Assembly (NCBI RefSeq): GCF_001194135.2
Contig: NC_068983.1
Span: 14,200,251-14,264,250, forward strand
Direction of reading: 5' to 3'
Length of the DNA: 64,000 nucleotides
Source of the DNA: Octopus bimaculoides
Taxonomy: Eukaryota
Shown: piece by piece, positions 11,560 through 24,249 of the stretch
Numbering within the stretch: position 1 is the first letter of the stretch
Layout of the letters: the number at the start of each line of letters is the position of its first letter
Notes under the pieces: generated by a model
The model's input: only the letters and a program-made list of their open reading frames with translations
Databases searched by the model: none
What the model was told of the DNA's origin: nothing
Program-made: the position numbers and the translations under genes

Positions 11560-12420
11560 TCCAAACAATTAAGGAAAACTATGAGAGCAATTGCTAGACT
11601 ATAGCATTCCTGGAGAAACTGTGAATGGTATAAGGATGATATATCAGAACACTAGAGCTAAAATTTGTTGTGCTGACGGTGACACTACTTTTAGATTACT
11701 GTCGGAGTGCTACAAGGTGACACGCTTATTTCGTACTTTTTCAAAATATGCCTTGACTCTCTACGAAGGAAAACATTGGACTAAGAAAAACATTGGACTC
11801 ATATGTTTGACTGTCATTAGAAAAGGAGTAGTAAATTATCCTGACAAGAAATTTGCAGATACAGATTATGCAAATGATCTGAGAATAATTACTGATCATA
11901 CGAAAGGTGCCAATATCCTCCTACATCCTCTAGACGAAAATGCCAATGAAATCGGACAGTTTATGAACGCTTCTAAAACAATGTACGTCTTAGAACCAAG
12001 ATAAAACTGAAAAGTTGCACTCTTTGAATGAAAAGAAAATATAAAAGAAGAGAACTACAAATATTTTGGAAGTTCTACCTCCAATTCGAAAAGTGACATG
12101 GAAATTGGATTAGTAAAGCAAAGCAACTACATTTATATATTTTAAACACCACAATTCCACCTCAGTTATTTGTTGCCGATATAAATCCCCCCACAGATTT
12201 CCCTAACTTAGAGTTTACTTTATTCTTTAATGCCTCTAATACCGTTAAGAATGGGACAACCATGTCAGAACGCATCTTGAAGAATAATAGTAAGTATGAA
12301 ATTAATATAGTGTGATTGATATCACTGCAAAGCGGCAATGCCACTAACGGATTGTTAGTCGCATTAAATGCATTTGTATAATTATTTTGCCCTGTTATCT
12401 TTTGAGTTCTAATCCACCTG
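11560..12420 (+). mobile_element. Decayed RTE-clade LINE reverse transcriptase fragment
   Basis: YSIPGETVNGIRMIYQNTRAKI, frameshifted VGVLQGDTL, DTDYANDL (YADD box), KYFGSS; multiple stops and frameshifts. Confidence 0.8.
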
Positions 12421-15141
12421 TGTACAATTTGCCTCTGAATCACATATGGTAAGTAACTACAGTATACAAGACTTAGACCAAGCTAAAATCTCTTAAAGCC
12501 ATATTTATACATGTCATTTGTGATACGGTCTCCTAGAACGTATTTCTTGCATTAAATAGGATTTTATGAAATACGATCAAAACCAGCCTGATGTGATAAT
12601 TTCTTTTTTTTTTTCTCTCTGTGTTGAAAATATATAGTAGGAATAATTCCGAATTACTCAATACCTCCTTTAGAATATAATTTCATACATATCTAATATT
12701 AAATCAAGTATCTTTAAAATCATTATATAAGAATATATATGGATGAGATGAGAGAGAAGTGAGAGTGGAAAATTGAATTTATAATTCACACTTCTATTTC
12801 TACTATGATTGATAAATGAACTTCTAGAAAAGTGATGGAGCAATGATTTGAAACTGACTAAACATATGAATAATGCCTTTTACTATGACAGTCGATAATT
12901 AAATGGTGGAAGGATATCCTTTCCTTCAATCTGGAATATGATTCACTTTTATAATCTTATTAAGAAATCATTATTAAATTTAACCTAGCTGCTAGATTCA
13001 TTTATTTTCAGTTCTTCTATAATACATATCTTGCTTTTTCTCATTTTAGTTATATTACTTTTATTTATTAATATTGTACAACTACAAATTGCATTCTGCG
13101 AGCGACATAAATTTAATAGCCAAGTAATATGAACTTGCCACCATTTGATACCTGATGTACACAATCTGAAATGGAAGTGACAAATGTTCATTTTATAACT
13201 TTTTTTTATGATTGATTCACCTATCAAGAAGAATGCTTTTGTCGACTCTCATAAACGATTAGATTCCGGGAATATGATATGTGCTCTGGAAACCTGAAGG
13301 TAAATGTACTATAATTTATGTTTTCACTTCACATTTAATGCCATATTCACCTTGATTCTGTACATTTCGTTCTCTATTTCAACCATTTACAACACATTTT
13401 ATGCTTTTAGAAGAGAAAAAAGAAATATTTCCCCCGTTCCAGAATCGATATCCACCATGTTTCTACTGACAGAATGTTAAGGAACAAACAATAATTTTGA
13501 CGTATTCGTTATTATCATGACCGAATAATTTCTATCTAAATTTTACGTAAACTAAACAAAAATTCAGCTCCAGTACTCTTCTGCTAAACTTCAAGGTTGC
13601 TATTAATGGGAGTGAATTATAATCAGTACGCTTAGTTAAATCTAAATACAGTAACTTATTTTTCTAACAAATTTCAGAAAAAAAATACATCTGCGCAGTT
13701 AATTTATTTACAACTTGTAAAATATTAACTTCCACGGGATACACATTTTATAATAAAAACTGGCTGACTGAAATTTACATAATTTTATTTAGAAATAGTT
13801 GAAAGACTATTTCTGAATATATACGTGGGTAAAATTATCTAGGGATGCCATCTTTCTGAAACACCGTAGTTGAATAAGTATTTGCATAAAAAATGTTGTG
13901 AGCAAGAAAGCCATTTAAATAAATAAACCGTTGTGATGAAGAGCAGAAAACATAACTTCACTGGTTTATATTAATTAAAAAAATGATCGATGTGAAAGAG
14001 TGACAATCCTGAATTTATGATCAATTTAAATTAGAATTACGCATGCAGTGAAAAGATTAAGACATATTCTTGAAAACTGTTATTTATGTAACCTAGTCGC
14101 TGAAAAGTCAGCGGCAGCACTATATTCCAATCGTATTAGACCTCATCAGCGAAACAAACTTTTCCACTACTTAGAGTATTTAGATGTATTAGATATGTAC
14201 ACAATTTGCTATGGCATCTTTATATAATACTAGGAGGAATTACATGGAGTGCTATTCTTATGAAACGCTAAAGTTGGACGAATATCAACAATTTTAATGT
14301 AGTTTGCGTATTAAAATTAATGCTAATACTGACGCTAATACTTTCAGTTCTTCACTGTGTAATTCAAATTTTAATTAACAGAAGTTTTCGCATCTTAGCC
14401 TTGGCAAACCGAAGTTGCAGCTTGATTTTTCTACTAACTTTAACGAGCAAAAATGTAGTAACTGTACAATACTACCTCGCAGGTAACACAGAATGCTTTC
14501 GATTGCTTTGCACCTTATAAAGCACGAAGCAGACGAAATGAACGATAAATAATTTTCGACTCCTTAATTTTTCTGTTAAAGTAAAAACGGAGAAAAATCT
14601 TCCAAAGAACTCAAATATGAAACTGATTCGGGAGTATTAAATATAGGATTAATACTTATTTATCGTAAATGTAACGCATTCAGAGTGATGGAAACTGAAG
14701 GAAAATTCCATAAATTAACATAGAAATTTAGAGTCGCTGCACTAGATTTACACCTTTAAAATGGAATAAACAGCTGAGATTTTGTATGTGATTGTGACTC
14801 AGTGTGAAATCTTTGCCTTTATTTTACTGTGAGGCCAAATCACATTTAATATTTCGTATCTCATTGTGTCAGACAATGCAATCGTGTCTCAGTGGTTTGC
14901 GATGTTTCACTTCTTTCATTTTTCACGTACTTAATGTCTTTACGGAACTCCTCGTACACTTTATACGCTACTATTTATAGCTTTACCTGCTTCGAGTTTC
15001 GCCTTGAAAGCGATTTATTTTATGCCTCTCTCAAGTTTTAGATTCTTAAGACGAAAATAACATGAATACATATATACATACATAAATATTTGGACAAAAA
15101 AATATATACGCATGGAGATTATACATGCTTTATAAGTATGC

Positions 15142-15179
<38 letters not shown>

Positions 15180-15298
15180 TCGGATTTGGTAGGTGAGTTC
15201 AGTGTGTGTATATATAAATGGAGTTGCATGAAACGTGCGTACTGCAATAACCTTGCAAATCCGTGTTGCCGTTTTTGATTTTATATATNNNNNNNNNN

Positions 15299-15355
<57 letters not shown>

Positions 15356-15973
15356 ATGGCGTGGCTCCCGGTCTTGCCAGCTCCTGTCAAAACGTTGAAC
15401 ACCTGCTAGCATGGAAAACAGACTTAAATAATGATAATGATGATCTCTCTATATATCTAAGAAATCAATATTGCTCATATAAGCCCCAAGTCAACTCTAA
15501 CCATTTACGATTTTTCTCCTATTTGCAGAAGTTCAACGCTACGTTATTGCACGTATTCCTTTCAAAACAACAGAATAATATTTGAAGTGGGGTTTTGACA
15601 GTTATTTCTCGCAGGCCGAGCGACCAAACCACATAGAGGTTCACGAAAGCGTAAAGGCGTGAAGAGATAATGTGTGATTGTAAAATAACATTAATGTTAC
15701 CAATTATTGTTTTGTTTGCTTGAGGTAATATGTCACACTGCAGAGACTTCAGAGAAGATGTGGGCTATTGCACATTAATTAGTTGAATTCAATGAATATA
15801 TGGCACATAAACATGATTGCATACTTTTATTTATGCGCACGTTTATTATATTATATAGAATTATAAGAATATGTATCTATTTATACAATACGAATGGATG
15901 TGTAAATGTTTGCTTGTCATGTATGAATGTTAAACATATAGCGGCGTACGTACACTTTTGCTCATATTGTAAG

Positions 15974-16025
<52 letters not shown>

Positions 16026-16035
16026 NNNNNNNNNN

Positions 16036-16143
16036 TATATATATATATATATATATATATATGCGTGTGTGTGTATATATATATGTGTGTGTGTATATAT
16101 ATATATATATGTGTGTGTGTGTATATATATATGTGTGTGTGTG

Positions 16144-16174
<31 letters not shown>

Positions 16175-16240
16175 ATATATGTGTGTGTGTGTATATATGT
16201 GTGTGTGTATATATATGTGTGTGTATATATATATATATAT
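16036..16240. repeat. Compound (TA)n(TG)n microsatellite with higher-order units
   Basis: Repeating blocks atatatgtgtgtgtgt of roughly 14-26 bp. Confidence 0.85.
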
Positions 16241-17001
16241 AAGTACGGACTCTTGTTTGTGCATCAGTACATGTGCATACTTGTGGTTGCGTGTGTGTAT
16301 ATATAAATATTTATTCACGCACCTATATATGTATGCATGTATGGCTGAATATTTGTAGAAATGTAAGTATGAATGTATGTAGGTGTGTGTATATATTGGC
16401 AAGAAGAGTAGAAAAGTGAAAAGCGAAGCGCTGAAATATAAGTGGTGAAGAAGCCAGGAAGGAGGAAAGAAATAAGAAGAAAACAAGAAAAATAATGAAG
16501 AGAAAGAACGCAAGAGAGGAAGGAAGGAAGGAAAGAAGAACAAAATCCAGCGATGAAAGTCAAACTAAAATAAAAGAAGAGGGCAAAAAAGAAGATAGAA
16601 AAAAAATCAAAAGCAAAAACGGATTCGGGGCAAGGAATTAATTGCCAACTTGAGAACACCTGGTGTTTTTTCAAACTAATTCCATAAAATGTGCTGTAAA
16701 TGGGTTAAATAACGTAGCAAAGCAGCGAGATGGAAGAGTGATTCGAACATCGGATAGAATGCCTTGCGGTGGTTGTTCCATCTCTCTGCGATCCGATTTC
16801 AAATCCTTTGTCATTCTTACTCCATTGTGCCTGTCTTTCAAAGATCTTGTCACATTGTATCAAATTAATTCGATATTAATAGTATACGTCTTTGAAGAAT
16901 GGACAGTCACTCCCGTATTATTTTCACCTGTAGTGAACAACAAAATGCTCATCGTCAAAACTTCCCCTTTACTAAGTAGCAGACTACTAATGAGATATGA
17001 A

Positions 17002-17135
17002 AACGCGTGGCTTCGTGGTTAGGATATTCGACCAACGGTCGTGAGTTCGATTCCCGGTGACGCGTTTTGCCCTTGAGCAAACACTTTATTTCACTTTGCT
17101 CCAGTTCACTCAGCTGGCAAAAATGAGTAGTACTT
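17002..17135 (+). mobile_element. SINE family C, head + core
   Basis: aacgcgtggcttcgtggttaggatattcg...gagttcgattcccgg...ccttgagcaaacactttatttcac. Confidence 0.75.
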
Positions 17136-17415
17136 GTCTCAAAATACGTCGCTTGCTGGTGCTTTGCACTGGAATGTAAGTAGCTGAGATATTTCATATT
17201 CAAGTAGCACTTCATTCTTTTCATGTATTCAAACACAGGATCTTCCCTTGCCTTTTGGTAGTCCTTATAGGTGTTCCACTCCTGGAATTTCTCTACATAG
17301 TTTCACGACCTGCAATAGCTATCTTCCATTACATAGGTAGTAATAATGCTTGCTTGATATTTATTATAATTTAGCTGCTTAGTTACTTCTACAAATGGTG
17401 GATACAGCGGTCACC

Positions 17416-17626
17416 AAGGCGGCGAGCTGGCAGAAATGTTAGCTCGCCGGGCGAAATGCTTAGCGGTATTTCGTCTGTCTTCACGTTCTGAGTTCAAATT
17501 CCGCTGAGGTCGACTTTGCCTTTCATCCTTTCCGAATTGATAAATTAAGTACCAGTTCCATACTGGGGTCGTCTGGCCCCTCCCCCAAATTTCAGGCCTT
17601 GTGCCTATAGTAGAAAGGATTATTAT
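17416..17626 (+). mobile_element. SINE family A, alternative-tail form
   Basis: aaggcggcgagctggcagaaatgttagc...gttcaaattccg...; tail cccctcccccaaatttcaggccttgtgcctatagtagaaaggattatt. Confidence 0.85.
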
Positions 17627-17630
17627 CTTT

Positions 17631-17968
17631 CACATTGTTTACATTTGACGGATATTTGTCCTCATCTTGTTTGTTGTTAACACAACGTTTCGGCTGATAT
17701 ACCCTCCACCCTTCATCAGGTGTCTTGGGGAAATTTCTAACCTGGGTTCTCATTCCTAAGGTATTTTTTGTTGTTGTTGTTATTATTATTCAGGTCACTG
17801 CTTGGAATCGAACTCGCAATCTTGGGGTTAGTAGCCCACGCTCTTAACCACTATGCCATATGCCCACGGTGTTCGATTCCAGGGAGTGACCTGAATAATA
17901 ATAATAATAATAATAATAAAAATAATAATAATGTACATAATTCCTCAGTTTTTTTTAATATAGAGCTG
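17631..17968 (-). mobile_element. SINE family D copy 2 (tRNA head 17865-17791 + HHR) with inverted, internally deleted copy on + strand (17870-17968)
   Basis: Homologous to 1291-1594; + strand piece gttcgattccagggagtgacctg(aat)n tgtacataattcctc. Confidence 0.8.
17679..17724 (-). ncRNA. Minimal type-I hammerhead ribozyme (Penelope-type)
   Basis: GACAC CTGATGA A GGGTG GAGGGTATAT CAGCC GAAAC GTT | GTGTT: stem I gacac/gtgtt, stem II 4/5 pairs, palindromic ACGT stem III, GUU triplet. Confidence 0.75.
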
Positions 17969-18589
17969 TATTATTATCTTTGTCACGAGGCTTGCATTAG
18001 TGTCAACATATTTTAGGCGATGTTATTCAATTACACAAAGGAAGAAATAATCTGTGACAACGCCAATCATTATCCTACCCATGTGGCCATGCTATTGCAT
18101 GTGTATGTGTGCATCGCCGAATGACTCAGAAATTCCCTTTGTACTCAGAGTTACCGACTGCCTGGGCCAGTGGGCCAGTGTCTTTTGCCGTGGTTAGCAA
18201 TCGAGCCAGACCTTTGAGAGAAGGATTGGTTTGACGGAAGTTGCATGGAATCTGATCAGATGGATAGTACCTGTAACTTTAAGATTCAGTATTGTCATAC
18301 TGTGTCACGCCGGTTTTAGCTGGCGATTACACTGAGGTTGTATGTGTCTAGGGAATGTTTAACTATTCACATACTAAATCAATGAACATCAAATTTGAGC
18401 GAAAACTTGAATATTCACCCAGAAAGCCGATGCAGGTTCATGTATGTATGTATGTATGTATGTATGTATGTATGTATGTATGCATGTATGTATGTTTGTA
18501 TGTATGTATGTATGTATAATAAAGAATGGGACAAAGACGCAACACATCCAGACAGTTAGGTGATACAAGAAAGGGACAAAACATACAGA

Positions 18590-18800
18590 TAGACGGTAAA
18601 AAGAAAACACGGACAGGTGATTCGCAGTTTTCTCTCTTCAGTCGAGATCCAGATTATCCTTGCAGTTTCGGATGGTTATTCTCGATATTGCTCCAATCTG
18701 GCCAGCCCCAAGGACAAACTAAGCTAAGAGCATTAGATTCCTTGGAAGAAATCAGCGAATGTATACAAAAACAAGGACGGAAAAAGACGAACAATGTTAC
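18590..18800 (+). repeat. Dispersed repeat family G, copy 1
   Basis: gattcgcagttttctctcttcagtcgag...ccaatctggccagcccc...aagagcatta homologous to 22700-22930. Confidence 0.6.
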
Positions 18801-18830
18801 ATGTGTTTGCTTGTTTGTTTCTCTGTTTGT

Positions 18831-19239
18831 TTTACTTGTTTCGGTTATTTGACTGCGGTCATGCTGGGACACCGCCTTGAAGTGTTTTAGATGAACAAAT
18901 CGTTCCCAGGACTTATCTTTCAAGCCTAGTACTTATTCTATAGATCTCTTTTGCCGAACCGCTATATTATGGGTACGTAAACACACCACACTGGTTGCCA
19001 AGCGATCGTGGGGGACAAACACAGACACAACGACACACGCATAGACACATACACACTCGCACGCACGCACACACACGACAGGTTTATTTCAGTTTTTGTC
19101 TACAAAATCTATTCCCAAGGCTTTGGTCGATCCGAGGCTATAGTAGAAGGCATTTACCCAGAGTGTCACGCTGTGGGTCTGAACTCGGAACCATGGGGCT
19201 GGCAAGCAAGCTTCTTACCATACAGCCTCGTCTGCGCCT
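18831..19239 (-). mobile_element. SINE family B
   Basis: Homology to other B copies along full length. Confidence 0.85.
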
Positions 19240-20995
19240 CTATGTATGTATGTATGCATGTATGTATATATATATATATGTATGCATTTATGCATGTATA
19301 TATATATTTCTATGTATGTATTTGTGCATATGTGTATGTTTGCTTGTTTCTATATATGTATATATGCCACTGATTGAAACATATTAATGAATTTGAAGAC
19401 TTACTTATTTTGTGTGGTGACTACAGAGATAATGTGATAATGCTGTTTGATGTGTGATTATTGTTTGTAACATTTTATTATTCTAAACAGGCAGATGCAC
19501 CCTTCTTTCAAAGGCCACACGGCATTGTATGATGTTCATACCTTTTTCACATATATTTTAGTAACTCAATTAAACTAAAGTGGTTTCATCAGAGTATGAA
19601 AATCTAGTCAGGAAATCAGGCTTCTCTTTACTAGAAGATTTCATCTACTCATTGTCGCATACCGACATTTAATATATAAAGTTTTGCTAATCTACCGTAC
19701 TATGTTACAATAAACTTCGTATATTTGAACCAGATCTTATGCCACATGGGATATGCCAGTTCGTACGTTTAACGGAAAACACTTCTTCGAAAAGAGAAAT
19801 TTAATTTGCTCAATGCTATCCTAAATATTTTAAATGCATCTATCCGAGGAAGGGATTTGATCGAAATGGCATTACTCGAGTCTCCCCACGGCATATAAAC
19901 GAGCGTATACAAATTTATGAACCTTATTGGAAGATTTTTGTCGGCGTAGGCTACTACTGGCTTCTTCGGATTTTGATTTTTATTTGCTATGTTACAATAC
20001 TTTGATAGCGAGCTAAACTAAATCAAGCGGTCACAGCTTTATCGCAATTTCAATCTCTTTTTCCTTCTTTTATACTTTCTAACTATATTTCCCCATTGGG
20101 TCATTTTACCTTCCAGATGAACGATAAATATAATATAGTTTAAGAACATCTCGTTACAATGAATGTAACCTTAAGCTGTCTTTAATGCTGGTTTCCTCGT
20201 AGAAATGATAATCAAAAAATCAATGTGGAAAGAAATGAGAGCTTTTGTGTATGAATTCTTCATGAGAACGACAGAAATAACCAAAAACTTTTAACAACTT
20301 TCTTCCAATATTCTCAATAAATATTTCACCTTTTTTAAAAAACGTTATTGCATATGTCATGTTATATTATGTTCCGTATTCAGTGCTGATTCTAAATTTG
20401 TTCGTATATGGCTTTGCACATTTGCGTATTTGCGAGGGTGTATGCACGTGTAACGTGTATATATGTGTACATACGGGTGTTTATATATTGTTATATACTC
20501 CATACTTTAATACCTTTCTCGTGTATTCAGTGTTCGTTTATTACTTTACATTTGATATTGCATTTCACACTTTTCATACTTCGCATATTATATCGTATTT
20601 ACAAACGTTATAGATGATATTGTTTGCCACTGAAAAGATATTTTAGCACATGACAAAAAAAAAAAAAAATAGAAAGTGAAAAAATAAATCTCCGAGAACT
20701 AAGAAGATTAAAATCTCCATAACTATTTGGGATTAAACATGTGCTTTCAGCTCAGGACTTTGGAATTTGCTAATTAGATCACGCAATCATTTCCATACAT
20801 CGTATGCTCATATGTATTACGTTCTTGGCATGAGTGTTTATTCTATTTCTGAACACACACACACACACACACACACACANNNNNNNNNNNNNNNNNNNNN
20901 NNNNNNNNNNNNNNNNNNNNNNNNAGCGATTTACACGGTAACGTAAGTCTTACATTTATTGAGAACGTCTATTGTTCCTTTGTATTTCGGAATGT

Positions 20996-21037
<42 letters not shown>

Positions 21038-21345
21038 ACACACAAACACCCACACACACACACACACACACATGGCTAGGTGCAGTCATGGCTGTGTGCT
21101 TTTAAAAGGATCGCTTTGTAAGAATGTGGTTTCGGGTTCAATGCCTATGCTTCTCCAACACACTAATGGGTGTTGTTTCGTTATCATCCGCCTCCACAAC
21201 ATAGCAGCTCGGCAAATGAGAATAATAAAACAAGTCTCATACTACAAATAATTTCTGGAGTCGAATTGTTGGACAAAACTTATCAACGCCGCAGTCCAAT
21301 GACTGAAAGAAGTAAAACGTGTGTGTATGTGAGTGTGTGTGTGTG

Positions 21346-21384
<39 letters not shown>

Positions 21385-21599
21385 ATCTATGTACACTTCT
21401 GTGTGCGTGTATATGTATGTGTTTATATATCTACACTTCTCTGTGTGTGTATTTATGTAGGCACACTTGAGTGTGTGTGTGTGTGTGAATATACTTTCAG
21501 AGTCTCTCATTATAAATTCTGTCGATGAATGGTTGAATGTTCATATGGCGTTACTAGCAGAAACCCGATCTCCTGTCTCCAAACACATATACTCATATA

Positions 21600-21845
21600 T
21601 TGGTCATTCCACATTACCCCGCAAGGAGAATAAGATCAGTTTCCCGGTTTCTCTGGCGTATGCCCTCCCCCCTGGATGCGACGCCAGTCCGTCGCAGGAT
21701 TACTCATTTTTACCAGTTGAGTGGACTGGAGCAACGTGAAATGAAGTGTTTTGCTCAAGAACACAACACATCTCCCGATCCAGGAAGCGAAACAGCAATC
21801 TTACGATCGTGAGTCCAACACCCTAACCTCTAAGCCATGCGCCTC
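21600..21845 (-). mobile_element. SINE family C with a different tail
   Basis: tRNA head + cttgagcaaaacact core; tail ggactggcgtcgcatccaggggg...gaaaccgggaaac. Confidence 0.7.
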
Positions 21846-22097
21846 CAAATACTCCTATGTACCCATGTGTAACCCTGACAGTCGCTATATACACTTGCAG
21901 CACAGAATCCAACAAAGTAACCTGTAGGTAGCCTTAATCAAGCATATATAACAACCAAATAGCCCTCAAGTCATTACGGATCGAAGGAAACATTGAGCAT
22001 TGGAATCGTGGAAATACAAAAAAAAAAGAGGCAAACATGCATTGATTGGACGGAATGCCTTCGGACCTAACTCTACTCAAATAAAACGTATTGATTA

Positions 22098-22207
22098 ACT
22101 ACTACTACTACTACTACTACTACTACTGCAACTATTACCACCACTACTACTGCAACTATTAGCACCACTACTACCGCTACTATTACCACTACTATTACCG
22201 CTACTAT

Positions 22208-22225
<18 letters not shown>
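22098..22225. repeat. Imperfect (CTA)n trinucleotide repeat
   Basis: Direct reading. Confidence 0.85.
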
Positions 22226-22245
<20 letters not shown>

Positions 22246-22260
22246 AAATAATTCATTCTT

Positions 22261-22647
22261 GTAAGTAGCACATTTTTGCGGGGAAGGGTAGTGAATTACA
22301 TCGACCCCAGTATTCGATGCCGAAAGGATGAAAGATCAGAACATAAAGACGAAAGAAATGCATCGGAGCATTTTGTCTGGTGCGGTATCGATTCTACCAA
22401 CCCCCGCGTTAGCAACAACAACAAATAATAATAATAATAACAATCCTTTCTACTAAAGGCACAAGGCCTGAAATTTGGCGTGCGGGGTCTAATCGATTAC
22501 ATTGAACCCAGTGTTTCAGTGGTACTAAATTTATCGACCCCAAAAGGATGAAAGGCAAAGTCAACCTCGGCGGAATTTGAACTCAGAACGTGAAGACGGA
22601 CCGAATACCGCTAAGTATTTCGCCCGGCATGCTAACGATTCTGCCAC
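22261..22647 (-). mobile_element. Two tandem SINE family A copies separated by an (AAC/AAT)n tract
   Basis: 22261-22410 degenerate, 22442-22647 well conserved. Confidence 0.75.
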
Positions 22648-22699
22648 AAAATGGAACAAGAACGCAACAGACGACAAGAAAACGCCCGGATAGATAGAC

Positions 22700-22930
22700 G
22701 ATGCGAAGACAGAGAGGAAAAACAATAAAAAAGACAGACAAAAACGGAGTGGGCGGTCATTCGTAGTCTCCTCTCGTCAGTCAAGTTACCAAATCATCCT
22801 TACAGTTTTGGGCAGCTACACTTGAGACTGTTCAACTCTGGCTGCCCCCACAAAATCTAAGCATTAAAGAGCATTAAATTTTGTGGGAGATGGAATCGAA
22901 TGTGTATGACAAAAAAGACAAAAAGCAGGA
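22700..22930 (+). repeat. Dispersed repeat family G, copy 2
   Basis: Homologous to 18590-18800. Confidence 0.6.
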
Positions 22931-23317
22931 AATGTTACACAATTACAAATACAAACAACAAAAAATTAACAACAGGTGTCTTTCAACAAATAAAGACGAA
23001 TCAAGTTGAGCTGGTGTGTGTTGAGTGAAAACCTTGATGCAAGAACAAAGGAGATGAACAGAAGGGATGAATGTCAAGAGACAGGAATATAACAGATGCT
23101 CACGGCCGGCAGTCGAGCCAAGAAAGTTCATGCCTGGCCGTACACCGGTTACGTGGATAGAGGAAAGGTCAGAGAGATTGAAGGATTAGGGGAAGAACGA
23201 GAAAGAGAGGAAATCAAAGGGACATGGAGAAAGGTACAAGGGAGTTAAACGAGGAGGAAAAGTAGTAATTAAAGAAAGAGAAGGCCAAGATATGTGAGAG
23301 ATGGGGAGCGGCTTCTC

Positions 23318-23545
23318 AACCACATGTCTCCAGGTTCAGTCCAACTGCATGGCTCATTGGGCAAGTGTCTTATACTCTAGCGTCGGGCCAAACAAATCCT
23401 TGTGATTTGATTTCGTAGACGGAAACTGAAAGAAGCTCATCATATATATATAATATGCGTGTATTTGAGTCCGCGTTTTTACCCCACCACCATTTAACAA
23501 CCGATGTTGATGTGTTTAAGTCCCCGTAACCTAGCAGTTCGATGA
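23318..23545 (+). mobile_element. SINE family B, truncated
   Basis: ccacatgtctccaggttcagtcc...gacggaaactgaaagaagc...gtccccgtaacctagcagttcg. Confidence 0.7.
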
Positions 23546-24249
23546 AAGAAACCGACACACACACATATCAACAACCACACATGTTTTGTAATCCCTTCAA
23601 CATGATACATGTTTTACGCTATTTATTCTGCAGCCGGCGAATAGCAAGCAATTCGTTCCACTGTTCAGGCGATGAGTCTGAGAGAGGAGCATATTTTAAT
23701 ATCTTTTTAAAGGCTTACTGCAAAAGGCACGAGGTGCGAAAGACCGATAACAGCAGCTGAAGTAATGAAGTGGGTGTTGAGCGGTTGCATGAGGCGTGAA
23801 TCACCTAATTTCGTTAGTCTGACCCAGGTATTTTACGAATGTATGATAGGCTTGGGCGTCGACCTACTGATAGATGTATACCGCAACTGGGAGTAGTAGA
23901 AGTGTATTCCTAGTAAGGAAAAAATAACGCTATTGAGAAAGGACCCCCAAAAGTGGTCGTAAATACGATAAAGTCAGGCTCACCATAAGCTGGTGAAAGC
24001 ATAGTTTAAAAATTTGGTCAAGATTGGCACACACGTGACCAAACGATTTTGGCTCTGGTCATCGGTGGTTTGGTCAGTGAAGTACAAACCTAAGCGATTC
24101 CAAACTGACACATCTACGATTAATCGTATTTCATGTTATAGATCATAGAGAGTATGTGTAATAAAACTAACTTCGACGTAACCTTGGACAATTCATTTGG
24201 ATCAGCTACATACTTTCGATGGGGTCAAATATTAATATTTACGGCTATC

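Noticed and set aside
13226-13305. Segment with splice-like signals on both strands
   Set aside because: Stop codons in all frames across the segment, and no recognisable product.
18164-18279. Open minus-strand candidate exon YYPSDQIPCNFRQTNPSLKGLARLL
   Set aside because: Weak acceptor and no homology I can recognise.
18625-18690. CTGANGA motif conserved in both family G copies (also ~22765-22790, minus), with a GAAAC upstream
   Set aside because: No consistent stems I or III for type I or type II topology; the downstream motif is CGAAT, not GAAAC.
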